In this document: piece by piece, positions 37,338 through 51,016 of the stretch | Layout: every line of letters begins with the position of its first letter | Numbering within the stretch: position 1 is the stretch's first letter | Source of the DNA: Azolla caroliniana | Lineage: Eukaryota > Plantae > Polypodiophyta | Direction: 5' to 3' | DNA: 64,000 nucleotides | NCBI GenBank assembly: GCA_043228905.1 | Contig: JBHGNT010000020.1 | Coordinates: 14,818,001 to 14,882,000 of the forward strand | Made by a program: the position numbers and the translations under genes | Notes under the pieces: model-generated | The model's input: the letters and a program-made list of their open reading frames with translations, nothing else | Told to the model about the DNA's origin: nothing | Database searches by the model: none

Positions 37338-39145
37338 AACACAAAAAACTATGTTTAACACTCTATTCACTACTCTATACATATGTGTGTTCCGTGAACA
37401 CTTTCATACAAGTCCTCCAAGGACTGACCGAAGTACTGACCGTACTTCAATGCTCTTTAAGAGCTCCTACACTAACTCCCGAATATATTCCTCACGGAAT
37501 ATCCTTCCTAACGGCCTCCCGGTTTACGCACTCGGCCTAACCGATCGGTCCCAACCGATCCGGTCCTCGGCTTCTTCAGCCGATTCGGCCGATGTTGAGC
37601 TTGTCTCTCAACAGGATGCAAGTGGGTGTACAAGGTAAAGTACAACGCCGACGGTTCAGTCAACCGGTACAAGGCCCGGTTAGTGGCGAAGGGATACGCG
37701 CAGACCCACGGAATCGACTATGACGAGACCTTCGCTCCAGTAGCGAAGATGACGACAGTTCGTGTGGTACTGGCGGTTGTAGCGGCAAGGGGGTGGCATC
37801 TTCACCAGATGGATGTGAAGCATGCGTTTCATCAAGGTGATCTTGAAGAAGAAGTCTTTATGACTCAGGCCCCCGGTTTTCAATTAGAGGTATGCCGGTT
37901 GAAGAAGTCACTTTATGGCCTTAAGCAAGCCCCCCGATCTTGGAATGTGAAGATCACACACCGGTTGCGGAAGATGGGGTTTGTGGACTCCAAATTCGAC
38001 TCTTCACTGTTCATCCAGCAAGGTTCAGACCGCCCAGTATGTATTCTGTTATATGTTGATGATCTAGTCATCACCGGACCGGGTCTTGCCGAAATCTGCC
38101 ACGTCAAGTCCCAATTGTCAGATGCATTTGAGATGAAGGACCTGGGGGACCTTCATTATTTTCTTGGGATCAAGGTGATCTGAACACCCGACGGCATATT
38201 GCTCTCACAACGACACTATGTGTTGAATATTTTGTAAAAGTTCGGCATGACAAAATGCCGACCTATCTCAACACCCCTAGACCGGAACCAAAAGCTTTGT
38301 CCCAACTTCGAACAGTCCTGTGATGAGAAACGGTTCCGGCAAATTGTCGGAAGCCTTATATATTTGACCATCACCCGACCCGACATCAACTATCCAGTCG
38401 GTGTGATTAGCCAATTCATGCAAAAGCTGACCGTAGAGCATCTTCAATGCGCGCACCGAATAATGCGGTATGCAAGGTATAACCGAAGAGCTAGTCGGTT
38501 ACACGGATGCCGACTAGGCTGGCGATGCATTAGATCACCGATCAACTTCAGGTTACATGGTTTCCCTAGGTAGCGTGGCTATTGTGTGGAGCAGCAAAAA
38601 GCAACCAACAGTGGCTTTGTCGAGCACTGAGGCTGAGAGTATCGGGGCGCTACCATCGCCACCTGTGAAGCCATTTGGCTTTGACGACTACTGCAAGACC
38701 TACGGATCGAGGTAGCGACCCCGATCCTGATCTACTGTGACAATATGAGTAGCATGCAGCTTGCCAAGAACCCCGTGTTCCATGCTCGCACAAAGCACAT
38801 AGAAGTGCATTATCACTCATGCGTGAGCGGGTGCTAAGCGTTGAAGTAGAATTTCGGTATGTTCAGACAGATTGGCAGGTTGCCGACATCTTCACCAAAC
38901 CGCTACGATCGGACAAGTTGCAGCACTTTACAGAAATGCTTAGTGTTCAGCATCTCGACGTGCCGCACTTGAGGGGGAGAAAGGGTAGCTAAGGCACCGG
39001 AACGGGCAAAAGCAAAGAAACTGTCGCTGGCACCGATGAGGGAAGAACCGGAAGAGGGGGAGACAAGAAGGAAAAGGAAGCCGAGTTGACGAAGGAAGTT
39101 GGCACATTCGAACAAGTCGGAACGAGCTGCATTGTTAACAACTCC

Positions 39146-39225
39146 TTCCACTCGTCGTTTAAGAGGAGGGATAGTTTCATGAATTCGTGAACATTATGCT
39201 TCACCTGGACTTGAATCCAAGACTG
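39146..39225 (+). mobile_element. Tiny chromovirus 3'-end remnant (pol end, PPT, LTR start)
   Basis: ttccactcgtcgtttaag-aggagggatag-tttcatga matches the pol end/PPT/LTR junction at 31897-31934. Confidence 0.6.
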
Positions 39226-39619
39226 TGTCATGAACACATGACCATTGAACCTCAAACCTTGTAATCCATAGTTGAAAACCTCAACCATTAAGATAGCTTA
39301 TTGTCATATGAGAAGATAAAAGTTAGTTTCTTTATTACATTGATTATTGTAAAAACTCTAGATCATTCTAGAATGTCCTAGAACATTCTAGAACATTCTA
39401 GATATCTCTAAGCTATTCTATAGGAACCTCTAAATAAGGGCATACATGTATCCTCAAATCAACACCAGTCTTTAGCTCCAAGCCCACCTTGTATCCAACT
39501 TACCCTTGTAATCATTCTATTCTAATAAACCCACTCTTCTCTTATCAATCCATTCTCCTCTCTTCTTCTATTCTCTTATACCTACCTTCAATCGTTCAAT
39601 CTCTTACTTTGTTCTGACA
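39226..39619 (+). repeat. Orphan gypsy-type LTR related to the chromovirus LTRs, with an extended HSE at 39355-39420
   Basis: TGTCA/TGACA termini, shared aacaccagtct and ttctagaa motifs; no matching TSD. Confidence 0.7.
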
Positions 39620-41450
39620 CACGGCTCCTCAAACAAAACGTAGATTTTGAAGCCCTAAATCAAGTGAAAGGTACATTTTCTCTCTTCGTCTCTCTCTTCT
39701 CGTAGGGTTTGGTCCTACAATGACACACACTCGTAAAGCCACCTCAAAGTTCGGGAGTATGATTGATAATGAGCTGAAATCACCAACAAATGTTGATTCC
39801 AATGCAATAAACACAATGGACAAAATGCTTATGAGTCACTTGATTTCTCTTCAAGAAACCATAAACAATCAAGGTGAAGAGATTAGGATGTTAATGAAAG
39901 AGAATGCTAAGCGCCAACTATTGCCACTAAGATTGAAAGTGTTAAGAAAGTGGTTGCAAAACTTGAAGAAGAGATTCAAGAATGTAAACAAGCTTCTTTA
40001 AAACAAATGAGAGCCTTAATAAGATTGAGTTAAAGGAAGCATTAAAAGAAGAAAAATTAGACACGATGAGGTGGGATGTAAGTGAGATGAAAAATGTATG
40101 TACAACGAAATCATGGGCCAATGTATGTGGTGCGGATGAGGTATCAAACTCACCTAATATGCATGTCATGCATCAAGAGAAGAATATAGAAATCATAGAT
40201 GCCCGAGAATTGAAAGAACGTGAACGAAGATCAAAGAACATTGTTATCCATGGGATTAAAGAGGAGAGTATGGAAACAGCCGCTTCCCTTAGAAAGGCCA
40301 TTGGTGAATTTTTTAGCATGCATTATGGGATGTCGAATGTGAATGTATATGGGGCCCACCAAGTTGGGAAACATGGTGTTACTTGCTCCGGAGAATGGCC
40401 CATTGTATGCACAATGACGGATGATACAAAGCGGCGGATCATACAATGAAAATAGTTGGGTATACCTCAAAGGTACACAATAGTTTGTGAGTGAAGAGCG
40501 TACTATCTCACAACAAAATGCCCGACGTAAAGAATATGAAGAAAGATCGAAAAATAGGGTTAAGGATGTGCTTAAACATGGAAATGTAGGCAAATAGGGA
40601 CACTGACCTATAAGACTAAACCACGTCTTTTACGACTATGTTTTTGGAATTGCAGTGGATACCCATGGAATGCGGGATTCAGCATAGAGGAGTTCATCGA
40701 TGACTCGGATATCACACTTCTTGTTGAAACATGGGAGCATGATACAAAGGATTCAAGGTTTATGAAACTATAATGTACACTCTTTGATATGGGAGAAAAA
40801 TGCAAGACAAAGAAGAGGACAAGGAGGGGTGACATGTTTGATTAAGAAGGAAATAGAGAAATATGTGTCAATCATAAAAAATGATGAACATAAATGCTAC
40901 TTATGGCTCAAGATAGAAACACCTAATGATTTTCCCACTTTTGGCGTTAGATGTTACATTCCTCATCAAGATTCTAACTTCTATGCTTGTTTGGATAAAG
41001 ATCAACCTTTTGCAAATCTAGAAGATGATATTGCTTATTTCAAATCCAAAGGGGAAGTTATTGTCGTTGGTGACATGAATGCTCGTACAAGAAGTTTCCA
41101 ACTTGATTTACGAGAATCTTTCATGCCACATATCTCAAGGATGCAAGAGGATATGCAAATGTATAGTCGATCGTCTAGCGATGAAAAAGATCTGGACCAA
41201 TTTGGGAAACTACTCCTACAAATGTGCAATAGTACTGGATTGCTTATTGCAAATGGTGTTTCCTTATGGCCCAATACTTTTGGCTTTACATGTCGAAAAC
41301 ACAATGGAAATAGTGTGATTGACTATATGCCACTTTCCGAAGGTATTTTGGATTGTATACATAAATTCTCACTTGGGGAATGGACACCGAAATCCGATCA
41401 TAGGACTTTATGTATTGATTTCAAATGTATGCATAGGTTTGATTGTCTCT
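39620..41450 (+). mobile_element. LINE 5' part: ORF1 (~39720-40596) and ORF2 APE endonuclease (~40600-41450), degenerate and 3'-truncated
   Basis: ERERRSKNIVIHGIKEE (ORF1); FWNC, VETW, GGV, GDMNAR, FTC..SVIDY, SDH (APE). Confidence 0.88.
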
Positions 41451-43028
41451 TTCACATATTCTAACCGGAAGCCTAGTAGCAGCCTAGACTACTAGGTAGT
41501 TAATGTCTCGTAGCTAGTGTTAGACGGTCGTGTGAGCATTGAAGCACACTGTACTTCTGTTAGTCCTCTTAGGACTTGTATAAATAGTGTTGTTGAGCAC
41601 ATTGTATGTACAGTGAATTTTACAGAGTTGTTGACAATAGATTCAAGTTGTTCTGCTCTGTCTCTGTCTCTCTTGTGTACCTTCTATGTGTTAACCTCTC
41701 TCTCTCTCTCTCTCTCTCTCTGTTGCTATTTGGCTAAGCCGGTTGTCTAACACTTCTGCACCTTCATTCTTACATGGTATCAGAGCGCAAGGGTTGAGAA
41801 CCTCTACAGCCGACATCAGCATCTGAAGAAAAACCCTAATACCCGGTAAGAACAGAAAGAGAAGTGATGGACAGAGGAATGGCTAGCTTGCTCCTGGGGG
41901 AGAAGCTCGACAGATCCAACTACGAATCTTGATCATACAAGATGCACTAGTACCTGCTTGGGAATGGTTACTGGAGCTATGTCGACGGAGCTAACGACAC
42001 AACACCTGATGCGGCACACCAGGACTTCCCAGTGTGGGAACATGCGGCAAGTAGAGTGATGTACTGCTTTGCGTTCAGTGTCGGAGACCAACTGTTGAGC
42101 CATGTCCAAGATGCCAGGACACCGAAAGAAGCTTGGGGAAACCTGAAGAAGGTTTTTGTGGCAAGCACTACGGCCCAGAAGCTGCAACTCCGACAGGAGT
42201 TGAGCAATGTCCGACAAAAGGACATGTCGGTAGCCGATTGCACAGCCCGAATCAAAGAGATCTGTGACTCACTTGCCTCTATCAACGTCACTGTAGAGGA
42301 AGATGAGATGGTGCAGATCTGTCTTGGGGTCCTAGCGTCTAAGTTTAGAGCGTTCCGAACGGCAATATGTACTAGGGAGAATACGCCGTCATTTTTCGAC
42401 TTAGAGTAGATGCTCCTTATAGAGGAGAACCACGTTGGTGCGTCAATAAGTGCACCCATCGACAGCTGGATGCTGTACACGGAGGCGGATTGGCCTCGTG
42501 GGCGTGGTGGACGAGGCAGTTCGGCTCGCAATGGTTGTGGCCGGCAAGAGCAGGACTGAAGGCACAGATGTTGAGAGACAAGCTCAACATCGGCCGGATC
42601 GGCTGAAGAAGCCGAGGACCGGATCGGTTGGGACCGATCGGTTAGGCCGAGTGCGTAAACTGGGAGGTCGTTAGGAAAGATATTCCGTGAGGAATATATT
42701 TGGGAGTTAGTGTAGGGGCTCTTGATGAGCATTGAAGTACTGTCAGTACTTTGATCAGTCCTTTTAGGACTTGTATAAAAGTGCTCACTAAGCACGTCTT
42801 ATGTACAAAGATTGTGTATTATTGTTGAATATAGTTTTTTGTGTTTCTCTCTCTGTCTCTCCCGCGTATACTGCGTAAGCCCAAGCTCTCCATTAAACCT
42901 GAGTTTCCTCTCTTCTGTTCGGTCTTCATACTTGCTTCCGCACGTTTCTCTTTACATGGTATCAGAGCGCGAGGGTTGAGAACCTCTCTGCACCCGACAC
43001 AGCTTGACGAAGAAGAACAAGAAGAACG

Positions 43029-46000
43029 ATGGATAGAGGCATGGCGAGCTCGCTTTCAACAGAGAAGCTCGAAAGAACCAACTATGCGTCTTGGTCCTAC
43101 AAGATGCACCAGTACCTGCTCGGGCACGGCTACTGGAGTTATGTCGAAGGAGCTAATGACGCGGCACCCGAATTGACACACAGAGACTTCCCGTCGTGGG
43201 AGCAATCGGCGAGCAGGGTATTGTACTGATTCGCGTCGTGTGTGGGCGAACAACTATTGAGCTATGTTCGGGATGCAAAGACGTCGAAGGGTGCGTGGGA
43301 AAATCTGAAGAAGATTTTCGCCGCGAGCACCACAGCCAGGAAGCTTCAGCTCCGACAAGAGTTGAGCAACCTACGACAACGCGACTTGTCGGTGGCGGAC
43401 TATACCTCGAAGATCAAGGATATCTGCGACTCCCTCGCCTCCATAGAGGTGAACATCGAGGAGAGCGAGATGGTCCAGATCTGTCTCAGAGGTTTGGCGT
43501 CGAAGTTCGGAGCGTTCCGAACGGCTGTGTGTACCCGGGAGAATACGCCGTCCTTTTTCGACTTACAGTTGATGCTCCTGGTAGAGGAGAACCACGCGGG
43601 TGCATCTACAAGCACGCAAACCGACAGCAGAATGTTGTACACGGAGGGAGATAGGCCCCGTGGACGTGGAGGACAAGGCGAGTCGGTACGCAATGGAGGC
43701 GGCCGACGAGATCAAGAAAGAAGGCACCGAAGTGATGCCGACAGCAACATCGGACCCTCCGGAAATAGGGGGAGTCGAAGCGATGAGAACTGGCAAGGGA
43801 AGTCCATCGCGGAGTGCTGGTACTGTGGCAAGAAAGGCCACAAGGAAAGTGAGTGTTGGTAGAAGCGCGCTGATTCGGAGAGAACCGGTTCCGGAAACGG
43901 CTCCGGACATACCGACAAGGGAAATCAGCAGCGATCACACTATGCCCAAGACTCTGGGAGAGTCGGAGAAGGGTCTATCTTCGTGACGAGACACTAAGCA
44001 AACTCAATGAAGCAGAGCACCCCGAGATCGGACGAGGTGTGGTACGTAGACTCCGGCGCGTCAAACCACATGACGAGCCATAAGGAGTGGTTCTCCTACC
44101 TTCAAAAACCGATACAACTTGGAGTAGTCGCAATTGGAGACGACACTCCGCATCCGATCGCAAATGTCGGAGAAGTTCCCCTTAGCCATTGTTATGTACA
44201 CATAACGTTGGTGAGGGTAGGTCACTAATATTTACATTAGTGAAGGGTATGTTCACTATTATTAAAAAGGGGACTAATGATTGGATAGAATGAATGATAT
44301 GTGCATGCACTATCATGATTTAGACAACCAATGAATAGAGAGCCTTTTAGGAAGGCACATCTATTCAAGGGGCCTAGGAAAAGGTATAAATATGAGGCTT
44401 AGCTACCCTCATAGAAATGATCACGTCGGAAGGCTGCTGTCGTAGACACCGGTGGTGCGGGCTAGGCTTTCGTCTCGACGATCGTGTTTATCTCTTCCAA
44501 GGTATTAGTCATCCTAATATCCGGCGGTATGGGACGTCGGTGGTAGGTTGGCTATGTCTAGATCATAGCTCGGGGGTGGTCGGGTGGAAGGGGTTCTTCT
44601 ATCCAATCTATTTTCTTCCTTTTTACTTGATTTGGTCTATTGATTAGTAATAGACTTTTAACAGCCATGTCGGGCAGAAAGGGAAACTCATGAACGTGTT
44701 GCACGTTCCGACAATCACGAAGAACTTGGTCTCGGTTGGACAGATCGTCGAGCAAGGGATGGAGGTTCGGTTTACACACCTCGGGTGCTTCATTGAGGAA
44801 GAAGGCCGTGTGATTGCGCAAGGGCGCAAAGACGGGAGGATGCTCATCCTCGACTCCATTGACGGCGGCACCGCAATGTTCGCAAAGGGAAGAAAAACCG
44901 AGTCGGACATAGACTTGTGGCATAAGTGGATAGGCCACGTCAACTACCAGCGGCTTCAAGACCTGCAAACGAAACAGGTAGTGTTCGGATTGCCCAAATT
45001 TAGTGGCCAAAAGGCACAAATTTGGGAAGCCTGCCAACTCGGGAAGCAACACCGACTTCCCTTCCCCAACGAGCGAAACCGGAGCCGGAACAAGCTAGAC
45101 CTTATACACTCCGATGTATGGGGGCCGGCACAAAACGTTAGTCTTGGTGGGAGCCGATATTTCATCTCCTTCATCGACGACCACACGCGGCACACATGGA
45201 TCTACCTCATTGAGAGGAAGAGCGAAGTTTTCGACTATTTCCGGGACCTCAAAGGGTTCATGGAAAACGGAAACGGGACGAAAGATCAAGTGCCTACGGT
45301 CAGATGGCGGGAAAGAGTACTTTTCCGGTCAATTCAACGGTTATCTACAACAAATGGGAATTCGGCGCGAATTCAGTTGTAGATACACGCCGGAGCAGAA
45401 CAGCGTGGCCGAGAGGAAGAATCGGTCAGTTGTGGAAGCGGCACAAGCAATGTTGGAGGAGAAGAGCTTGCCCAAGTTTTATTGGGCCGAGGTGGTAAGG
45501 ACCGCGGTATACATCCAGAACTGGATTGGAGACAAAGTGTCGGCGCACAAGCTATATTTCAGAACGAAGCCGAACTTGCGACACTTGAGGGTGTTCAGTA
45601 GCATTGCGTATGTGCATGTACCGAAGGAGAAAAGGAGGAAGTTGGACGCAAAGGCCGAGAAATGCATCTTGGTCGGTTACTCGGATGAGCAGAAGGGTTA
45701 TAAGTGTTATAACCCTCACACCAAACAAGCGCGTGTCAGCCGCGACGTTGTGTTTGACGAGTCCGCGTCCTGGTACCTGCCCCGACTACGACCCTAGACT
45801 CCAATCCGAGCTCTGACGATGAGGTCAAAGAGGCCGAGTTGCCTCCGAATGAGCCCGAAATCGAGACCCGCGAAGAGAGTCCGATTTCACTCCGGTTAAG
45901 TGGACCGATTGGACGACTGAGTCAGTACGACCAGTCCAATGAAGAGCTGGCGAGTAGTGGAGACTCGGCCATGCATTCCCCGCGCAGGAAGCCGAGGAGA

Positions 46001-48327
46001 CGGCTTACGCGCAAAGAGAAAGGGAAGAAGAAGGTGTCGGATTCCGGCACGGAAAGGAACGAGTCAGACCGACGCGAGTCCGACTCCGAGGGAACCGGTG
46101 ACGGGTCTTTAAAGGTGAAGACCGCGTCGACCGAGAAGGCCTCGACATCGGCTAATGTGAGATTACGCCGATCCACCCGCCAGAAGAACCCAGTTGTGCA
46201 GTTCGGATACAACGAGTACATGGTGCATCATTATGCGTACATGACCCGTGTAGTGGAAGTACGTGAGCCGGTGAGCTACGCAGAAGCGGCTAAGGACGCG
46301 AATTGGCGTGCTGCGATGGAGGAAGAGATGCACGCATTGGCGGAGAACGAGACCTGGGACCTGGTTGACGCACCGAAGGGTGTGAAGCCGATCGGGTGTA
46401 GATGGGTGTACAAAGTCAAGTACAACACCGATGGCTCGGTCAACTGGTACAAGGCTCGGCTAGTGACAAAGGGCTACGCGTAGAAACACGGCATCGACTA
46501 CGATGAGACGTTTGCGCCAGTCGCAAAAATGACGACCGTTCGTGTTTTGCTCACAGTAGCCGCGGCCAAGGGGTGGCACCTACATCAGATGGATGTAAAG
46601 AATGCGTTCCTGCAAGGTGACCTTGAGGAACAGGTGTACATGGTACAACCCCCCGGATTTCACTCTGGAACGAACTCCTCGGCAGTATGCCGACTGAAGA
46701 AGTCCCTTTACGGACTGAAGCAAGCCCCGCGTGCGTGGAACGCGAAGATCACGCAGCAACTGCATCAGTTGGGCTTCGTCACGTCAAAATCGGACTCTTC
46801 CCTGTTCATCCGGAAAGGTCGACACGGACCGGTTAGTATTTACTGTATGTTGATGACTTGGTCATCACCGGCGCCGACCTAGGGTAAATCGACCGCGTGA
46901 AGCTCCAGCTTGCGGCATTGTTCGACATGAAGGATCTAGGAGACCTTCATTACTTCCTCGGGATCGAAGTGATCCGTACCCCCGAAGGCATATTGATCAG
47001 CCAACGTCATTACGTGCTGAGTATGCTCTTCAAACTCGAGATGGCCGATTGTAAGTCCATCTCGACTCCTCCGGACAGAACCGTCAAGCTTCGTCCTGAT
47101 ACGGGAAAGGTATGCGACCCGACGAGGTTCCGACAAATTGTCGGTAGCCTCATATACTTGACCATCACCCGACCCGACCTCAATTATCCGGTCGGTGTGA
47201 TTAGTAAGTTCATGGAGCGACCTACCGAGGAGCACCTTCAGTGTGCGCAACGCGTACTTCGGTACGTAAGCGGCACTAAGGACCGGCGACTGCTATATCG
47301 GACTGGTGCAGCCGCGCAGTTAGTCGGCTACACCGATGCTGATTGGGCTGGCAATGCCGCCGATCGCCGATCCACGTCTGGATACGCGTTCTTCCTCGGG
47401 AGTGCCGCGATCGCGTGGAGCAGTAAGAAGCAGCCGACAGTTGCTTTGTCGAGCACCGAAGCTGAGTACCGAGGAGCGGTTGTCGCGACATGTGAAGCCA
47501 TATGGTTGAAGCGGCTACTTAAGGACCTGCAAGAGGAGGTGTCAGATCCGACGACGATCTACTGCGACAACCTCAGCAACATCCAGCTCGCGAAAAACCC
47601 CGTTTTTCACGCACGGACCAAGCACATTGAGGTGCACTACCATTTCGTCCGTGAGCGTGTCCTTTCCGGTGAAGTCGAACTTCAATACGTTCCGACGGAT
47701 CGGCAGACTGCCGACATCTTCACCAAGCCTCTTGTACTGGACAAGTTGCGGCAATTCTCAGGTGCGCTCAGTTTGCGTCACCTTGACGTGCCGAACTTGA
47801 GGGGGAGAACAGTCCCGAATGACCAAGCAAGGCAGCAGGAACGGAGCGGACACCGCGACACCGAGTCGGTTGACAAGTTCGACATCGGATCGGTTGAAGA
47901 AGCCGAGGGTGGACCCGCGGAAAAGTTCGGAAGCAGACAGAAGGGGAGCAACCGAAGGAGAGAGCCGAAGCCAACCACGCATTGGGAAGATGACGCCATC
48001 GAGGGCGAGAAGACCGAAGACGAGTTGGAGACAGCCAACTCGGACGAGAGCGAAGACCGATCGGAGGTAGTCGAGTCGGTTCGGATGTTTGATTCAGACA
48101 CGCTAAATCAACCGAGGCCCAAGCGGAAGAAAAGGCAGCAGAAGAAGCGTCAACACCGCAACAACAGAGGAGCTGATGAGGGCCACATGAGCAGACAAGC
48201 CGACCGGAAGGGTCGAAGCGTGCGGAGTCGAGCAGGTCGAGGAGCGCGAGCGAGGCGAGAAGCCAGGAGGAACCGGTGTTGTGAAGATCCCGAAGAGCCT
48301 CAAGTTGAGCTTGAGGGGGAGAGTTGA
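43029..48327 (+). pseudogene. Copia family B gag-pol with stops and frameshifts; RT-RH plus ~170-aa tail open at 46897-48327
   Basis: ORF track fragments carry all copia domain motifs. Confidence 0.93.
44190..44663 (+). mobile_element. Solo LTR (474 bp) of an unrelated family
   Basis: TGTTA/TAACA termini, TSD GCCAT, TATAAAT near 44384; host protease frame resumes after it. Confidence 0.92.
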
Positions 48328-51016
48328 GAGACAAGCTCAACATCGGCCGGATCGGCTGAAGAAGCCGAGGACCGGATCGATTGGGACCGATCGGTTAGGC
48401 CGAGTGTGTAAACCGGGAGGTCGTTAGGAAAGATATTCCGTGAGGAATATATTTGGGAGTTAGTGTAGGGGCTCTTGATGAGCATTGAAGTACTGTCAGT
48501 ACTTCGGTCAGTCCTTTTAGGACTTGTATAAAAGTGTTCAGTGAGAACGTCTTATGTACAGAGATTGTGTATTATTGTTGAATATAGTTTTTTGTGTTTC
48601 TCTCTCTGTCTCTCCCGCGTATACTGCGTAAGCCCAAGCTCTCCATTAAACCTGAGTTTCCTCTCTTCTGTTCGGTCTTCATACTTGCTTCCATACGTTT
48701 CTTTTTACAACAGAGAACGTGTCAACAACAGTTCCGGACCCTACACAAGCAAGGCGAGTCGAGGCGGTGCCAGAAGCCGGCAAGCAAAGGCCGACGCAGA
48801 ATGCTGGTACTGTGGTAAAAAGGGCCACAAAGAAAGCGAGTGCTGGAAGTAGCACGCCGATTAGGACAGATACGGACCCGGCAAGGCTGCCAGAGAGAAC
48901 TGGCAATACTCACACTACGCAGAAGGATCGGGAGGATCCAAAACCGGAAAAGCCGGTAAAGGGCCAAGCTTGGTGATGAGACACGAGGCTAACTCGATGA
49001 TGAAGACCACTTCCAAATCGGAGGAAGTGTGGTACGTTGATTCCGGTGTGTTGAATCACATGACGAGCCACAAAGAGTGGATCTCTTTCTTGGAGAAAGC
49101 GGAACAACCGGGAGTTGTCGAAACCGGAGACGACACTCCTCACCCAATCGTGCATGTCAGAGAAGTCCCTTTGAGCCACGTCAGATAGAGGGGGAAGCTG
49201 ATGAACGTATTGCACGTTCCAACTATCACGAAGAACTTGGTGTCAGTCGGTCAGATCGTTGACCAGGGGATGCAAGTGCAGTTTATGCACCTTGGGTGCT
49301 TCATTGAGGAAGAGGGCTAGATTATTGCGCAAGGGCGCAGAGATGGGAGGATGTTCATCCATGACACCAATGACGTCGGCACCACTTTGTTCACCAAAGG
49401 ACAGAAGATTGAATCGGATATTGATCTCTGGCACAAGCGGATCAGCCACGTCAATTACCGGAGACTTCAAGACCTGCAAACGAAACAAGTTGTTTTCGGT
49501 TTGCCGAAGTTCAGTGGCTGGAAGGTCCAAATATGTGAAGCCTGCCAACTCGGGAAGCAACATTGGCTTCCATTCCCCACTGAACGAAACCGTAGCCATA
49601 ACAAGCTCGACCTTATTCATTCGGATGTATGGGGACCGACACAAAACATTAGTCTTGGTGGGAGTCAATACTTCGTCTCCTACATTGACGACTACACCCG
49701 GGACACATGGATCTACCTCATTGAGCGGAAGAGCGAAGTCTTCGAGTGTTTCCGGAACCTGCAAAGCTTGGTTGAATGGGAAACGGAGAGGAAGATCAAG
49801 TGCCTACGGTCGGATGGTGGGAAAGAATACTTTTCCGGCCAATTCAACATATATTTGCAGCAGAATGGAATTTGGAGAGAATTCAGCTGCAAGTACACAC
49901 CGGAGCAAAATGGTGTGGCCAAGAGGACGAACCATTCAATTATCGATGCGACAAGGGCGATGCTGGAGGAGAAGAGCATGCCCAAATTCTACTAGGCTGA
50001 GGCGGTCCGGACGGCCGTCTATATCCAAAACCGGATCGGTGACAAGGTGTTTGCGCATGAGCTGTATTTCAGGCGCAAGCCAGATTTGAAACACATTCGA
50101 ATATTCGGTAGCATTGCATATGTGCATGTGCCGGATGAGAAGCGGAGGAATTGGATGCAAAGACGGAGAAATGCATCCTAGTCGGTTACTCACATGAGCA
50201 AAAGGGGTATAAGTGTTATAACCCCCGGACGAAGCAGGTCCGAGTTAGCCGGGATGTTGAGTTTGATGAGACAGCATCATGGTATGCCTTATCGGCTCCA
50301 ACTTCCGACCCCGACCCGATACCGGAGGATGAGGCTAGTGAACTTGAACCGGTCCTGTTAGAAGACGACGGGTTCGAGCCTCTAGATGTGAGTGCAGAAT
50401 TATTTTGGTTGAGCAGGCCGAACGAGTGACTGAGTCAGGATGGTGGTCGTGTGGGTAATGATCTCATCGAGATAAAGGAGGACACCTTAACGGTGGTGAA
50501 GATTGAGTTTGCCATGCATTGGAATGTGTTGTCGGCATCAAACAGGCTCAATGGCTTTTGGGTGAAACGGAATAGCCTGTGGCGTGTGCAGAATGTGGTC
50601 TTGTGGGCATCAAAAGGCTTTAGAGGGATCTACCAATGTCTCGAAGATAAGTTAAGGGAGGTTAATAACGGGAGACATCAAGTTGATCCAAGAGGTCGTT
50701 CACATGAGGGAGTGGGTAGAGGTCATGGATAGTCACTTCGTTGGGAGGCCTGAAGTCGATGTAGAAGCAGAAGGTGCCATCATCCTTCTTGACAAAGTGG
50801 GGTTCCAAAGCCGAATTGTTGGTGGAAGGAATGATAATACCTTTGGCGAGCATGTCGGTGACAACAACATCGATGCAATCATGTGACAGGAATACACGCT
50901 CCCTTAAACACAACGCTCGGCCACAACCGAGTCTAGGATCAAACACAGAAAATGGGTAAGGTACGCACGACACAGTGAAGAGAAGAGTACATAGGATGTT
51001 AATGTGGAAAAAACCC

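Larger units (their letters stand above)
25673..37613 (-). mobile_element. Ty1/copia family B, full length, containing chromovirus 26691-32355 and a duplicated RNase H/3' tail
   Basis: LTRs 25673-26070 and 37210-37613, TSD GGATG, PBS(iMet) 37198-37209, PPT 26071-26081. Confidence 0.96.
24900..39145 (+). mobile_element. Ty1/copia family C fragment (INT C-terminus, RT, RNase H), split by the family B insertion; pieces are 24900-25672 and 37614-39145
   Basis: KLDAKSEKCILVGYS; KPIG|CKWVYK is restored across TSD GGATG; LLYVDD; ADIFTKPL. Confidence 0.9.
42569..48709 (+). mobile_element. Ty1/copia family B, full length, containing a solo LTR
   Basis: 388-bp LTRs 42569-42956 and 48322-48709, TSD ACAGA, PBS(iMet) 42957-42968, PPT 48311-48321. 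Confidence 0.96.
41460..50440 (+). mobile_element. Ty1/copia family C/D 5' part (partial LTR to 41774, PBS 41775-41786, gag-PR-INT), split by family B insertion 42569-48709
   Basis: TGGTATCAGAGC; gag 41867-42568 resumes at 48710 across TSD ACAGA; VDSG, IHSDVWGP, SDGGKEY. Confidence 0.9.

Noticed and set aside
39221-39624. Clean solo LTR
   Set aside because: Flanks GACTG and CACGG do not match, so it is called an orphan or recombined LTR
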